DNA of 64,000 nt from a bacterium (lineage in GTDB: Bacteria; UBA8248). Below the pieces are notes generated by a model that was not told the origin of the DNA, did no database searches, and saw only the letters and a list, made by a program, of their open reading frames with translations. The stretch covers positions 2,211,908-2,275,907 of the forward strand of contig OZ241326.1 in NCBI GenBank assembly GCA_965199855.1. Direction: 5' to 3'. This document shows, piece after piece, positions 1 to 13,952 of the stretch (position 1 is its first letter; each line of letters starts with the position of its first letter). The position numbers and the translations under genes were made by a program.

Positions 1-465
1 CGCCATGCTCATGTTCTCGGCGCCCGTCCCCTTGGCGGCGAAGTAGAGCTTCAGGCGATCCCCGGCGACGACGCGGTAGTGGATGACGGCGGGCGTGTTG
101 TCCTTCGTGTTCACGCGCCGGAGCGGGTCGTTCACCACCGAGCCGCGCAGGTAGCCGTCCCGGTAGCCCTGGCGAATCCCCTCGTTGATGGCGTCCTCCA
201 GAAGCCCGCCCGTCACGCGGACGTCCTGCCCCAGCTCGACGAACACGATGGAGACGCCCGTGTCCTGGCAGTAGGGCACGCGCTCGGCGGAGGCGAGCGC
301 CGCGTTCTCGGTGATCTGGTCGAGCACCATGAGGCCGAGGGCGGAGGTCTCGCGGCCCTTCGCCTCCTCGACCTTCGCCACGTAGGCGGGATCGACGCGG
401 TAGTTCGACTCGATGGCCATCTCGCGGATCCTGGCCGTCACCTCGCCCGCGTCTATCGTTCGCAT
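1..465 (-). CDS. Fumarate hydratase class I (Fe-S hydro-lyase, alpha/N-terminal region). 5'-partial; the gene continues beyond the window start.
   Basis: Manual minus-strand translation from ATG at 465 gives MRTIDAGEVTARIREMAIESNYRVDPAYVAKVEEAKGRETSALGLMVLDQITENAALASAERVPYCQDTGVSIVFVELGQD... The PYCQDTG motif and surrounding region are typical of the class I fumarase / tartrate dehydratase alpha N-terminus. There is no stop before window position 1, so it is not in the ORF track. Confidence 0.6.
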   Translation of the reverse strand, partial: MRTIDAGEVTARIREMAIESNYRVDPAYVAKVEEAKGRETSALGLMVLDQITENAALASAERVPYCQDTGVSIVFVELGQDVRVTGGLLEDAINEGIRQGYRDGYLRGSVVNDPLRRVNTKDNTPAVIHYRVVAGDRLKLYFAAKGTGAENMSMA

Positions 466-514
466 GGCCCGCCCGTCCCCAAGGCGCTCGCCGCCCGCCG
501 CGGAGGCGGCGCGC

Positions 515-4133
<3,619 letters not shown>

Positions 4134-4259
4134 TCGATATTTCGATTGGGTTGTTGTTCTTTGATACGCCGCTATAATCGGATCGAGCCGATCCTCCAGC
4201 TCGCTTCGGCTGACCAGAAACGCCTTGTTTTCATCGCAGGACCGGCGAAGATTGAAGCC

Positions 4260-6392
4260 TCATGTCCCTCCCGCCTCGACGGCTTCAATGAAGCGGGCGA
4301 GCTCCTCGCCGATGCCTTCCAGCTCGTTATTGTCTGTCGGTCTCCCCGCGGCGTCATAGCCGATATCCCCGGCTACCGCCATGAATACCGGAGAATCGCC
4401 CAATACGCTTCGCTTTCGCTCCGCATATTCCCGCTCCATGGTTTCCCGGAGCGCATCGATTTTTCCCCGGCATTCGGCGCCGACCCGCTTTTTCCATTCC
4501 CTATAGTCTTCGGACAGGCTCAACGCTTTGCCTTCCAGCCCTTCCGGATTGTCAAAGCCTCTGAGTTCCTTGATCCGCCGCTTCTTCTCCGCGTCAATCT
4601 CCCGCAACTGCTCCGGAAAATCATGCTCTTCCCTGATTTCGTCCCGTATCTCCGCTTTCCGGTTGCGGATCTCGGCGGTTGCTTCCGAAGTCCGCTTTTT
4701 CAGGAACAGCACCGAGGTTTTCACCCCCGCCCCTTTCGCCTGAAACGCGGTTTGGGGCATGGACGCCACCGCCACGAGGCGGAAATTCTCCTCCATGCCC
4801 TCCCGCGCGTATTGGAGGCTGGAGTTGGTCAGGATGCCGTCGGGTATGACGATCGCCAGATAGCCTCCCTCGGCGAGAAACCTGTGGCATTGCTCGATAA
4901 ACAGAATTTCGGAGCTCTGGCTGTCCCGGACTGTTTCCTTGCTCTTCGGGTTCAGCCAGTCGGCTTTCTTGAGCGCGTAATCGTAGTGGCGCATGTAGGC
5001 TTGCTCGGTTCGCTTGATCTGGGAGCCGAACGGCGGATTCGTGATGATGAAGTGGAAGCGTCCGTAAACGAATCCGTTGTTTCTCGTGAGAGAAAAAATA
5101 TCGTCAGCGGACATCAGCCCGTCGGCGGCGATCACGTTCGTATGGCCGTCATCGTGGAGAATCATGTTCATCTTGGCGGTTCTGGCGATTCGATCGTTGA
5201 TTTCGATGCCGAATATGTTTTTTTCCGCGAAGCTGCGCCAGTGCCTGTCATAGTCTCTTGATTCCGCCAGATCTGCTTCAAAATTCGGATAGTATTCACT
5301 CGCCTGCCGCCTGACCTTGTCAAGCGCGTGAAGCAGAAACCCGCCGCTGCCGCAGGAGGTATCCAGAACCAGCGAGTCATTGGTTATCGGCAGCGCGTCC
5401 ACGATGAACTTCACGATGGGGCGAGGGGTGAAGAACTGCCCGAACTCTCCACGAAAATAAGAACCCATGAAAGTTTCAAAGGCCTTGCCCCTGCTGTCCA
5501 GATCGGTTTTTCCAAAATCGACGCCTTCCAGATAGCCGACGACGGTGCGCAACTTTTCGCAGCCGAGGCGAATATCCTCCTGAAAGACTTCGGGGTCTTT
5601 TTGCCGCCCCTCGGCATACAGGGCGCGGACGCGCTTTTGCAGTCCCTTGTTCGTCTTGTCTTCCGTGCTTTCGGTGAACACCTGAAAATCGTAGGGTTCC
5701 CCCTTTCTCCTGGGCTTTTTCTCGTCCCACATTTTGCAGAAAATCAGCTTGTTCAACTCGTCGAAGGCTAGCGAGGGGTCGAGTTGCCCACCCCCCCAAA
5801 GCGCCTGATGCGCCTGTCTGAACCTTCTCGTCAGCGCGTCTTCCGTTATGGCTTCGAGCTCGAACAGCCTTTGTCCGTTGGCGGAACCCCCGCCCCGGGC
5901 GTATTTGAACCTGGCGAGCCGGCTGACGCCGTATTGCGGGATATCGGGAATGGGCAAGCGCTTCTTCGGCTCTTTTTCGGGAATCTCGAAGCAGGCGTCT
6001 TTTATTCGGGAGGTTACCCAGAAATACCTGGCCCGGACTGTTCCCGTGGCGGCGTAGCTGAAAGCCTGGGCGACGGCCTGCTCGAACTCGGCTTCGGAGA
6101 CGTCCTCCGCCTTGCACTCGACGACGATATGGGCGGATTCACGCTCATCGTCGTTATAGACGATAATATCCGCCTCTCTGGTGTCCGCGCCGATTTTTAC
6201 CGGAACGAACTGCTCTATGCGCTCCGGGGCGTAGCGATAAACCAGAACCAGTTTGAGGAACGTCTCCGCCTGGACGGACTCTTCCGGCCGCGCGTAATTT
6301 CGCCTCTTGCCCTGGCGAACGTAGGTGATGTATTTCCCGTCGTCATCAAACGCGATCAAGCCTTTGTCTATTCCTTCGCGCAACAGATCCAT
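4260..6392 (-). CDS. hsdM: Type I RM N6-adenine DNA methyltransferase HsdM, 710 aa, with an N-terminal HsdR_N-like PD-(D/E)xK domain and a C-terminal coiled-coil extension.
   Basis: N6_Mtase core with the ITNPPFG (motif IV, NPPF) and SAM-binding LDTSCGSGGFL (motif I). The first ~150 aa carry D…(D/E)xK (EADIIVYNDDERESAHIVVECK), resembling the HsdR N-terminal nuclease-like domain. No hsdR gene is adjacent. Confidence 0.85.
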   Translation of the reverse strand: MDLLREGIDKGLIAFDDDGKYITYVRQGKRRNYARPEESVQAETFLKLVLVYRYAPERIEQFVPVKIGADTREADIIVYNDDERESAHIVVECKAEDVSEAEFEQAVAQAFSYAATGTVRARYFWVTSRIKDACFEIPEKEPKKRLPIPDIPQYGVSRLARFKYARGGGSANGQRLFELEAITEDALTRRFRQAHQALWGGGQLDPSLAFDELNKLIFCKMWDEKKPRRKGEPYDFQVFTESTEDKTNKGLQKRVRALYAEGRQKDPEVFQEDIRLGCEKLRTVVGYLEGVDFGKTDLDSRGKAFETFMGSYFRGEFGQFFTPRPIVKFIVDALPITNDSLVLDTSCGSGGFLLHALDKVRRQASEYYPNFEADLAESRDYDRHWRSFAEKNIFGIEINDRIARTAKMNMILHDDGHTNVIAADGLMSADDIFSLTRNNGFVYGRFHFIITNPPFGSQIKRTEQAYMRHYDYALKKADWLNPKSKETVRDSQSSEILFIEQCHRFLAEGGYLAIVIPDGILTNSSLQYAREGMEENFRLVAVASMPQTAFQAKGAGVKTSVLFLKKRTSEATAEIRNRKAEIRDEIREEHDFPEQLREIDAEKKRRIKELRGFDNPEGLEGKALSLSEDYREWKKRVGAECRGKIDALRETMEREYAERKRSVLGDSPVFMAVAGDIGYDAAGRPTDNNELEGIGEELARFIEAVEAGGT

Positions 6393-6742
6393 TCGCTTCT
6401 CATTTTCAGGAGGGGCTCGACACTATACGGGGGACGGGAGGGCGGATTCGACCATGCCATGAAAGCGAACCCGGTCGCCCCTTCCATATCACGTTCGCGC
6501 GGCTGACGCCAACCCGATCGGCGGAAATTTTCGATTCCGATGGAGTTTCGCCCCTCGGCTGTGGTAGGGTGGCCGCGCGTCAGCGGGAGGCGCCGCCCTT
6601 GCTCTCGTCACAGCCGCTTCCCGGTTCTTCGCCCGCGAAACGGCGAACCGGCCCGAAAGGCCCGCCGCCCGCGCGCCGATGAGCAAAGTCCGCAGAATCA
6701 ACCCGTTGCGCTCTCCTCCCCCGGCCCGAGGCACGGCCCGCC

Positions 6743-7573
6743 ATGACGCGCCCCGCCAGACGAAGGCTCGGCCAGCATTTCCTGCACGAGAAGAGGTATC
6801 TCTCGCAAATCATTGATTTGGCTGAAATCGCGCCTGGAGAGGACGTGCTGGAAATCGGCGTCGGCGAAGGGGCGCTCACGCGCTTCCTCCTTGACGCGGG
6901 CGCGCGCGTCCACGGCGTGGAGATAGACGACGCGCTCATCCCCCCCCTGCGCTCCCTCGAAGCCGCCAGCGAGCGCTTCCGCCTGATTCACGCAGACGCC
7001 CTCGCCCTCGACTACGACGCGTTGCCCGCCAGGATGAAGGTGGCGGCGAACCTTCCCTACCAAATCGCATCAGGCATCATCCTGCAACTCATTGAAAAAT
7101 ATGAGAAATTTCCCTTCATGATCCTCATGGCGCAGCGCGAGGCGGGCGAGCGGATCTGCGCGGAGCCGGGCGGGAAGGACTACGGCGCGCTCACCCTGCG
7201 GGTGGGCTACCGCTTCGAGGCGCGGCTGTGCGGGACGGTTCCTCCGGGGGCGTTCCGCCCCCCGCCCGGGGTGGATTCCGCCCTCGTCCGCCTCAAGGCG
7301 AGAGAAGCCCCCCAGGTGGAGGTGGGGGACGAGAGCCTCTATTTCCGGCTCATCCGGGCGGGCTTCGCCCACCGCAGAAAGACGCTGCTCAACAATCTCA
7401 GGTCGCTGGATTCGGGCGGGCTTGAGAAAGGAGAGCGCCGGGGCTTGCGCCCGGAGGACTGGCGAGGTCTCCTCGAAGGGCTGGGAATCGACCCCGGAAG
7501 GCGCGCCGAGACCCTCTCGGCCGGCGAGTTCGCGCGAATCGCCCGCGCCGTCGAGTCGAGGGGGCGGCCTTGA
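6743..7573 (+). CDS. rsmA: 16S rRNA (adenine1518/1519-N6)-dimethyltransferase RsmA/KsgA.
   Basis: 276 aa. Contains GQHFL, VLEIGVGEGALT (SAM motif) and NLPYQI (motif IV), diagnostic of KsgA/Dim1. Confidence 0.9.
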   Translation: MTRPARRRLGQHFLHEKRYLSQIIDLAEIAPGEDVLEIGVGEGALTRFLLDAGARVHGVEIDDALIPPLRSLEAASERFRLIHADALALDYDALPARMKVAANLPYQIASGIILQLIEKYEKFPFMILMAQREAGERICAEPGGKDYGALTLRVGYRFEARLCGTVPPGAFRPPPGVDSALVRLKAREAPQVEVGDESLYFRLIRAGFAHRRKTLLNNLRSLDSGGLEKGERRGLRPEDWRGLLEGLGIDPGRRAETLSAGEFARIARAVESRGRP

Positions 7574-8475
7574 GCGGCGGAATCCTGATCTACCGCATGG
7601 GGGCGTTCGGGGACACGCTCCTGCTCGCGCCGCTGCTCGGACGCCTGCGGGAGGCGCGCCCGGGCGTTCGCCTCACCCTGGCGGCGAACCCCGCATACGC
7701 CGCTCCCCTGCTCGACGCGGGGCTGGCGGAGGAGATTCTGGACGGGGGCGCGCCTCCCTTTCATCTTCTCTATGACGGGCGGCCATCGGAGAACGACGCG
7801 CTCGCCCGGCTCATCCGGCGGCATGACGCCTGCGTCTTCTACACCGCCGACCGCTCGGGAGAGCTGGCGAGGCGGCTGCGTTCATCGAGGCCGGAGAAAT
7901 GCCGCGTCCACCCCCCTTTCCCGCCGGAGGGGGAGAGCGTTCACGTCTGCGCGTGGATGACGCGGGCGTGGCCCGGCCTGAGCGCGTCCGCGCCTGAAAG
8001 CATGAAGCTGACGCCTTCGGAAAACAGCCTGTCTGAGGCGGACAACCTATTGAAAAAAAATGGCTTGCGACCTTCCCGCTTCTTCATCCTCCATCCCGGC
8101 GGAGGGGGCGAGAGAAAATGGCCGCCGCCCGACGTTCTCGCGGAGATGGGCCGCGCCCTCGCGCGCGAAACGGGGCATCAGCCGGTCGTGGCGGAAGGGC
8201 CGGCGGATTCGATCGCCAGCGAGAATTTCCAGAAGCTCCCGGGCGCGCCCCTGCCGGTCCTCAGGGAAACGCCGCCCGTCATCCTGGGCGCCCTGCTCTC
8301 GAGGTCGTCCGGGTATATCGGGGGCGATTCCGGCGTCTCCCATCTCGCCTCTCTCTACGCGCCGCGCGCCTCGATACTGTATGGCCCCCATTCCGACATG
8401 AGGGTCTGGCGACCGATAGGCTCCCGAACGCGCTGCCTGTCCTGGGAGGCGGAGCGGAGGAGCGCGTTCGGGTGA
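7570..8475 (+). CDS. Glycosyltransferase family 9 (LPS heptosyltransferase-like).
   Basis: 301 aa. N-terminal ILIYRMGAFGDTLL and C-terminal …GYIGGDSGVSHLA are GT9 (RfaF/WaaC-like) hallmarks. The TTG start overlaps the rsmA stop (TTGA). Confidence 0.7.
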   Translation: MSGGILIYRMGAFGDTLLLAPLLGRLREARPGVRLTLAANPAYAAPLLDAGLAEEILDGGAPPFHLLYDGRPSENDALARLIRRHDACVFYTADRSGELARRLRSSRPEKCRVHPPFPPEGESVHVCAWMTRAWPGLSASAPESMKLTPSENSLSEADNLLKKNGLRPSRFFILHPGGGGERKWPPPDVLAEMGRALARETGHQPVVAEGPADSIASENFQKLPGAPLPVLRETPPVILGALLSRSSGYIGGDSGVSHLASLYAPRASILYGPHSDMRVWRPIGSRTRCLSWEAERRSAFG

Positions 8476-8558
8476 CGGCGCGATCGGCGCGCGTCGGGAG
8501 ATTTCCCGTCCCGCGGCGTTCATTCCGGCGGGGAGAGACTGCCGCGGCGCGGCGGGCC

Positions 8559-9269
8559 TCAGCCGAGGATGTTCGCCAGCCTGCCCCAGCGCGGCGAGCC
8601 CGAATCCCCGTTCCATGACCAGTAGATCATGAAGGCGGAGCCCCGAATCTTGTCGTCCCAGCAGGGCGCGGACCACAGCGAGCAGGGAAAGGGCAGGCCG
8701 AAGGAGTAATCCCAAAAGCGTATGGGGATGTGATCCGCGCGCTCGCCCACCTTCAGAAAGCCCCAGAAGCGGCTGTCCTGGCTGTTGTTGCGGTTGTCGC
8801 CCAGCATGAAGAGGTGGCCCGGCGGGACCTTGCGGGGGCCCCATTCGCTCTCGAGGCTCCCGGCGGCGCCGTTGGGCTTGAAGCGCGCGTATTTCTCCTC
8901 CAGCGGCTCGCAGTTTCGGGGCGCGTCCGGCGTCGCGCAGTTGATGAAGACCCTTTTTCCGCGAACCATCACCACCTCGCCCGGCAGCGCGACCACCCGC
9001 TTGATGAAGTCCCGCCGCTCATCCTTGGGAAAGCGGAACACGATGATGTCCCCGCGCCTCGGCTTCCGCAGCCAGTAGATGAACTTGTTGACGAGTATGT
9101 GGTCTCCGACGAGGAGGGTGTTCTCCATGGAGCCGGAGGGTATCTTGAACGCCTGCACGACGAAGGCGCGCACGAACAGCGCCAGCAGCAGGGCGATGAC
9201 GATCGCCTCGGCGTATTCCCGAAAAACGGATTTCGACTTTCGCCCGCGCCCCGCCTTCTCGTCCGACAC
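8559..9269 (-). CDS. lepB: Signal peptidase I (LepB).
   Basis: 236 aa. N-terminal TM segment, catalytic Ser box (IPSGSMENTL) and GDNRNNSQDSR box. Sits immediately downstream of lepA, the classical lepA-lepB arrangement. Confidence 0.9.
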   Translation of the reverse strand: MSDEKAGRGRKSKSVFREYAEAIVIALLLALFVRAFVVQAFKIPSGSMENTLLVGDHILVNKFIYWLRKPRRGDIIVFRFPKDERRDFIKRVVALPGEVVMVRGKRVFINCATPDAPRNCEPLEEKYARFKPNGAAGSLESEWGPRKVPPGHLFMLGDNRNNSQDSRFWGFLKVGERADHIPIRFWDYSFGLPFPCSLWSAPCWDDKIRGSAFMIYWSWNGDSGSPRWGRLANILG

Positions 9270-9273
9270 GCCC

Positions 9274-11076
9274 CTACTCCTTGCCCACGTCCAGAACCGC
9301 CATGAACGCCTCCTGGGGCACCTCGACGGTGCCGATGTTCTTCATGCGCTTCTTGCCCTCGCGCTGCTTTTCCAGCAACTTTCGCTTCCGCGTAATGTCG
9401 CCGCCGTAGCATTTCGCCGTAACGTCCTTCCGCAGCGCGCGAATCGTCTCCCGCGCGATCACCCGGTTGCCGACCGCCGCCTGAATGACCACCTCGAACA
9501 TCTGCTTCGGGATGATCTCCTTCATCTTCCGCACCAGCGCGCGGCCGTGATAATAGGCCTTCTCCTTGTGGATGATGGTGGAAAACGGGTCGATGGGCTG
9601 TCCGTTCAGCAGGACGTCCAGCTTCACCATCTCCGCCGGACGGTAGTCGAGGCGCTCGTAGTCGAAACTCGCGTATCCCCGGGAGGCGGACTTCAGCTTG
9701 TCGTAGAAATCGAAGAGTATCTCGCTGAAGGGCAGCTCATAGACGATCTGCACGGTATTCGTATCGATGTATTCCATGGAGCGCTGCGCGCCGCGCTTCT
9801 CCTGCGCCAGCCTGAGAACGCCGCCCACGTATTCGGCGGGCGCGAGGATGGTGCCCAGAATGAAGGGCTCCTCGATGGCCTCGATTCTCGACAGTTCGGG
9901 CAGCTTCGCGGGACTGTCGATTTCCGCGACCGTCGAATCGCTCAGCAGGACGCGGAAAATCACCGTCGGCGCCGTGATGATGAGCGTGAGGTCGTATTCG
10001 CGCTCGAGCCTCTCGCGGATGATCTCCATGTGCAGAAGCCCCAGGAACCCGCACCGGAAGCCGAACCCCAGAGCGACCGAGGTTTCCGGCTCGTAGGTGA
10101 AGGCCGAATCGTTGAGCCGGAGCTTCTCCAGCGCCGTCCTCAAGTCCTCATACTCGGCGCTGTCCGCCGCATACAGGCCGCTGTAGACCATCGCCTTCGG
10201 CTCCCGGAAGCCCTGAATGGCCTCGCGCGCGGGGTTTTTCGCCAGCGTGATGGTGTCGCCCACCCGGGTGTCGCTCACCTCCCGTATCGAAGCGGACAGG
10301 ATGCCCACCTCGCCCGGCCCGATTTCCTCTCTCCTGATCTCGCGGGGCGTGAACGCGCCCAGACTCAGCACCTGGTATTCCTTGCCGGTGGCCATGAAGC
10401 GGACGCCGTCGCCCTTGCGAATGGTTCCCTCGAACATGCGAAACAGCGGGATGGCGCCCTGGTAGGAATCATACCAGGAATCTATCACGAGCCCCCGCGG
10501 GGAGGCTTCCGGCTCTCCGCCCGGAGGCGGAATCCGCTCCACGATCGCCTCGAGGAGCGCGTCCACGCCCTCCCCCTGCTTCGCGCTCACCGTCAGGCAC
10601 TCCTCCGCGGCGATGCCGATGACGTCCTCCACCTGCCGCATCACGCGATCGGGGTCGGCCGCCGGCAGGTCGATCTTGTTGATCACCGGTATGATGACCA
10701 AGTCCTGCTCCAGCGCCAGATAGGCGTTCGCCATCGTCTGCGCCTGGATGCCCTGGGTGGCGTCAACGAGCAGCAGGGCGCCCTCGCAGGCCTGGAGGCT
10801 TCGGGAAACCTCGTAGCTGAAGTCCACGTGGCCGGGCGTATCGATGAGGTTGAAGACGTATTCCCCGCCCTTCGGCGACCTGTAGAGGATGCGGACCGTG
10901 GCCGCCTTGATGGTGATGCCCCGCTCCTGCTCCAGCGCCATCGAATCCAGCACCTGGGAGGACATCTCGCGCTCTGAAAGCGCTCCCGTCGTTTCGAGAA
11001 TGCGATCCGCCAGGGTGGATTTTCCATGGTCGATATGCGCGATGATGGAAAAGTTTCTGATTCTCTCGATGCTCAC
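9274..11076 (-). CDS. lepA: Elongation factor 4 (LepA).
   Basis: 600 aa. [21 protein letters not shown]-domain, [12 protein letters not shown], and the LepA-specific C-terminal domain. Confidence 0.95.
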   Translation of the reverse strand: MSIERIRNFSIIAHIDHGKSTLADRILETTGALSEREMSSQVLDSMALEQERGITIKAATVRILYRSPKGGEYVFNLIDTPGHVDFSYEVSRSLQACEGALLLVDATQGIQAQTMANAYLALEQDLVIIPVINKIDLPAADPDRVMRQVEDVIGIAAEECLTVSAKQGEGVDALLEAIVERIPPPGGEPEASPRGLVIDSWYDSYQGAIPLFRMFEGTIRKGDGVRFMATGKEYQVLSLGAFTPREIRREEIGPGEVGILSASIREVSDTRVGDTITLAKNPAREAIQGFREPKAMVYSGLYAADSAEYEDLRTALEKLRLNDSAFTYEPETSVALGFGFRCGFLGLLHMEIIRERLEREYDLTLIITAPTVIFRVLLSDSTVAEIDSPAKLPELSRIEAIEEPFILGTILAPAEYVGGVLRLAQEKRGAQRSMEYIDTNTVQIVYELPFSEILFDFYDKLKSASRGYASFDYERLDYRPAEMVKLDVLLNGQPIDPFSTIIHKEKAYYHGRALVRKMKEIIPKQMFEVVIQAAVGNRVIARETIRALRKDVTAKCYGGDITRKRKLLEKQREGKKRMKNIGTVEVPQEAFMAVLDVGKE

Positions 11077-11362
11077 GGCCGGGAAAAATCTCTCAGGGAA
11101 GGCGAATGGCGCGAATGCCGGAACCGCGTGACGTCAGCTGAAAGCACCGCCCCTCACCTTCGGTTCCCGCGCGGATGACGAAAAGCGACGCCGAAAGAGG
11201 CGCTGAACCCCCCGGCATCGGGCGAACACGCTATATCAGACTTCTCCGCGCCCGGTCAAATGGATTGCCCCCCGGGAACGCGCGGTGCTAGGATGCGCGA
11301 AGGGGCGCGCCTCGCTCACCCGCGCGCATTTCGCACCCGACGGAGCGGGATACCTTCAGCCC

Positions 11363-12760
11363 ATGCGTCGCCGCGGCCGAGACACCCTCATCCGCTTTTC
11401 CCTGCTGTCCGCCTTCGTCCTGTGCGCGCCGCCCGCGTCGGCGGAGAAGGAGCGCCCCTTCGGCGGACGCCTCATCATCGAAGCGGTCAGGAAGCTGCGG
11501 CCCTCCGTCGCGCATATCCGCGCGAAGCCGGGAGGCGCCGCGGCGAATCCCCTGCTCGACTTCTTCGGCAGGGGCAGGCGAAGGGAGGGCCCGCCCCGGT
11601 TCGATCAGGACGAGGCCGCCTACGGCGTAGGCGCGGGGATCATCGTCTCGAAAGAAGGGCACATCCTGACGAACCACCACGTCGTCAGGAACGCCCAGGA
11701 GATTCTGGTCAAACTCCACCGGGGCGAGGAATTCCCGGCCCGCCTGCTCGGCGTGGACGAGAAAACCGACCTCGCCCTCCTGAAGATCAAGCCTCCCGCG
11801 GACCTCCGGCCGGCAACTCTCGGCGATTCCGACAAAGCGGAGGTCGGCCAGTGGGTTCTGGCGATCGGCAGCCCTTTCGGCCTGGCGAATTCCGTATCCG
11901 TAGGCGTCATCAGCGGCAAGGAGCGGGATTTGAAGGAAGGCCCCTTTGACGAGTATCTCCAGACGGACGCCTCCATCAACCCGGGCAATTCCGGCGGGCC
12001 GCTCGCCGACGCGAAAGGCGCCGTCATCGGCGTCAACACGGCGATATTCTCCCGCGGCTCGCGCGCCTGGAGCCTGGGCGTCGGCTTCGCCATTCCGATA
12101 AACCAGGCCAGGGCCGTCATCGACTCCCTGCGCCACAGGGGCTATCCGATACGGGGCCGGCTGGGGGCGGCCGTGGCCGCCGTCCCCCCGAAGGAGGGGA
12201 AAGACCTGGGGCTGGCCCGCTCCCAGGGCGCGAAGCTCGCCGAGGTCGCGCGCGGCGGCCCCGCCCACCACGCCGGCCTGCGCCGGGGGGACGTGGTGGT
12301 CGAATTCGACGGCAAGCCGGTGAGCACCTGGCAGAGCCTTCCCCGCATCGTCGCCCGCGCGAAGCCGGATTCCCTCGTCCAGGTGAAGTTTTACCGCGAA
12401 AAGCGCCTGGAGAGCGTCTATGTCCGCCTGGGGAGCCGGCCCGAGGCGCCGCATTCCCGAAAGACGCCGGGCCGGACGAGCCTGGGCATGAAGGTCGAGG
12501 CGCTCACCCCGCACCTCGCCCGCCGCTTCGGGCTGGATTACGGCGAGAGCAAACTGGTGGTTTCCTCGATTCTGCGGGGCGGGGCGGCGGAGCGCGGCGG
12601 AATCAGGCCGGGCGACGAGATAGCGGAAGCGAACCACAAGCCCGTCCGGACGATAGAGGAGCTTCGGGAGGCCATCGACGCGTCCCGGCTCGACGGCTTC
12701 GTCCTCCTCCTTCTCAAGCGAAAAGGAACCAACCTCTTCGCCGCCCTCCAAATCAAATAG
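11363..12760 (+). CDS. htrA: Periplasmic serine endoprotease DegP/HtrA (trypsin domain plus two PDZ domains).
   Basis: Catalytic triad context (HILTNHHVV; DLALLKI; GNSGGPL). Two C-terminal PDZ-like regions. Signal peptide after MRRRGRDTLIRFSLLSAFVLCAPPASA. ORF track starts at 11285; the preferred ATG is at 11363. Confidence 0.85.
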   Translation: MRRRGRDTLIRFSLLSAFVLCAPPASAEKERPFGGRLIIEAVRKLRPSVAHIRAKPGGAAANPLLDFFGRGRRREGPPRFDQDEAAYGVGAGIIVSKEGHILTNHHVVRNAQEILVKLHRGEEFPARLLGVDEKTDLALLKIKPPADLRPATLGDSDKAEVGQWVLAIGSPFGLANSVSVGVISGKERDLKEGPFDEYLQTDASINPGNSGGPLADAKGAVIGVNTAIFSRGSRAWSLGVGFAIPINQARAVIDSLRHRGYPIRGRLGAAVAAVPPKEGKDLGLARSQGAKLAEVARGGPAHHAGLRRGDVVVEFDGKPVSTWQSLPRIVARAKPDSLVQVKFYREKRLESVYVRLGSRPEAPHSRKTPGRTSLGMKVEALTPHLARRFGLDYGESKLVVSSILRGGAAERGGIRPGDEIAEANHKPVRTIEELREAIDASRLDGFVLLLLKRKGTNLFAALQIK

Positions 12761-13113
12761 CGCCTTCAGGACAGGCCCGGGCCGGCGCCCGCCGAACGGA
12801 CGGCTTTCGCAGGGACAACCCCCGTGGTTGTCCCTCGCCGCGTTCGCGTCCCGACGACGCGCAACCATCCCGTAGGGGGCGTTCGGGAACGCCCCGCCGC
12901 CGCCGATGCGAATCTTTCCTGAAAACGGGCGGCCCCGGGGCCCCGCCCTTGCGGAACCGGCGCCCATGGGCGACCCACCCAAACGGGCGGTTCCCGAATT
13001 GCGGGGCGGCCTCGGGGAGGGGTCGCCCCTACGGAACCGTCGCCATCTCCCGCCGTCATTCCGGCGAAGGCCGGAATCCAGGGGATTGTGATCGTTCCCC
13101 ATCGTCAATGAGA

Positions 13114-13835
13114 GACAACCATAGGGGGTTGTTCCTGCGAAATGATGAAACCCGCGGCCCCATGCCGAAGGACGGGCGGGGCGCATGAATGCGCCCCCTA
13201 CGAAGGCGGGATCGCCGCCCGCCCCCGGAAAACCGGTTGCCTCGACCGTAGGGGACGCATTCATGCGTCCCGTTTCGATCGGTGGCCACGCGCGGGCGGT
13301 TCACGAACCGCCCCTACGGGAACCGTAGCCGCCCTCACCCATAGGGACGCCCCCCTGGGTCGCCCGACAATTCGGGAGCCGCCCGCGCGGGAAAATTCGC
13401 CGGGCGGAGGCGTTTCCCCGGGCGTTTGGAGAAGAACCGCCCGCTCGCCGAAAAGCCGCGCGTGAATGTCTACGAATTTCTGCAAAATCAGACAAATTCA
13501 CGGCCTTATCCCGCAAATAGAGAGCTGTTTTCCACCTTTTTAGAGACCCCTTTGACCATCCCGCCCGGTCCCCGATTCTTCCGTCTTCCTTCCCTCCGGA
13601 GGCGCAATTCCCCCACGCCGGAAATATAACCCGACCCGGCCGCCCCCGCGGAAGCGCAGATGCGCGCAAATGCGGGCAGGCGCGCGCGATTGTTCCACGT
13701 GGAACAATTCGGACGCGGAATTTTCGGAGGAAGCGTCCGGTTTTCGGCGCGGCCGCCGCTCCGCAAGCCTCGAAAAGGCGCGGTTCGCCCCGCCCGGCTC
13801 CGCTTTGCTGGCCATGCCCGCCGCCTACGCGCCGG
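13114..13835. repeat. Inverted repeat copy A (~722 bp), non-coding, hairpin-rich. Partner is at 20006..20726.
   Basis: Six-frame ORFs here have reverse-complement twins of identical amino-acid sequence in the 19970..20579 region (for example 13261..13485(-) = 20355..20579(+); 13426..13629(+) = 20211..20414(-)). That gives ~99-100% nucleotide identity in inverted orientation. Confidence 0.85.
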
Positions 13836-13952
13836 GAGGCTTCCGTCCCGCGCGCGCCGCCTCCGCCTGATTGACATTCGGGCGTGGTGTCGTAATCTGC
13901 GGGGCGTTTCGGGGCTACACGGGAGCGGACGAACGGACGGCGGGGAGCGGAC

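Noticed and set aside
8475-8559. Convergent intergenic region between the GT9 gene and lepB, considered as a possible bidirectional terminator.
   Set aside because: It is GC-rich with partial dyads, but there is no clear stem followed by a U-tract on either strand.
13114-13835. Possibility that the inverted repeats are IS elements or a MITE.
   Set aside because: No transposase-like ORF is present. Each copy lacks its own terminal inverted repeats, and no target-site duplication was seen.
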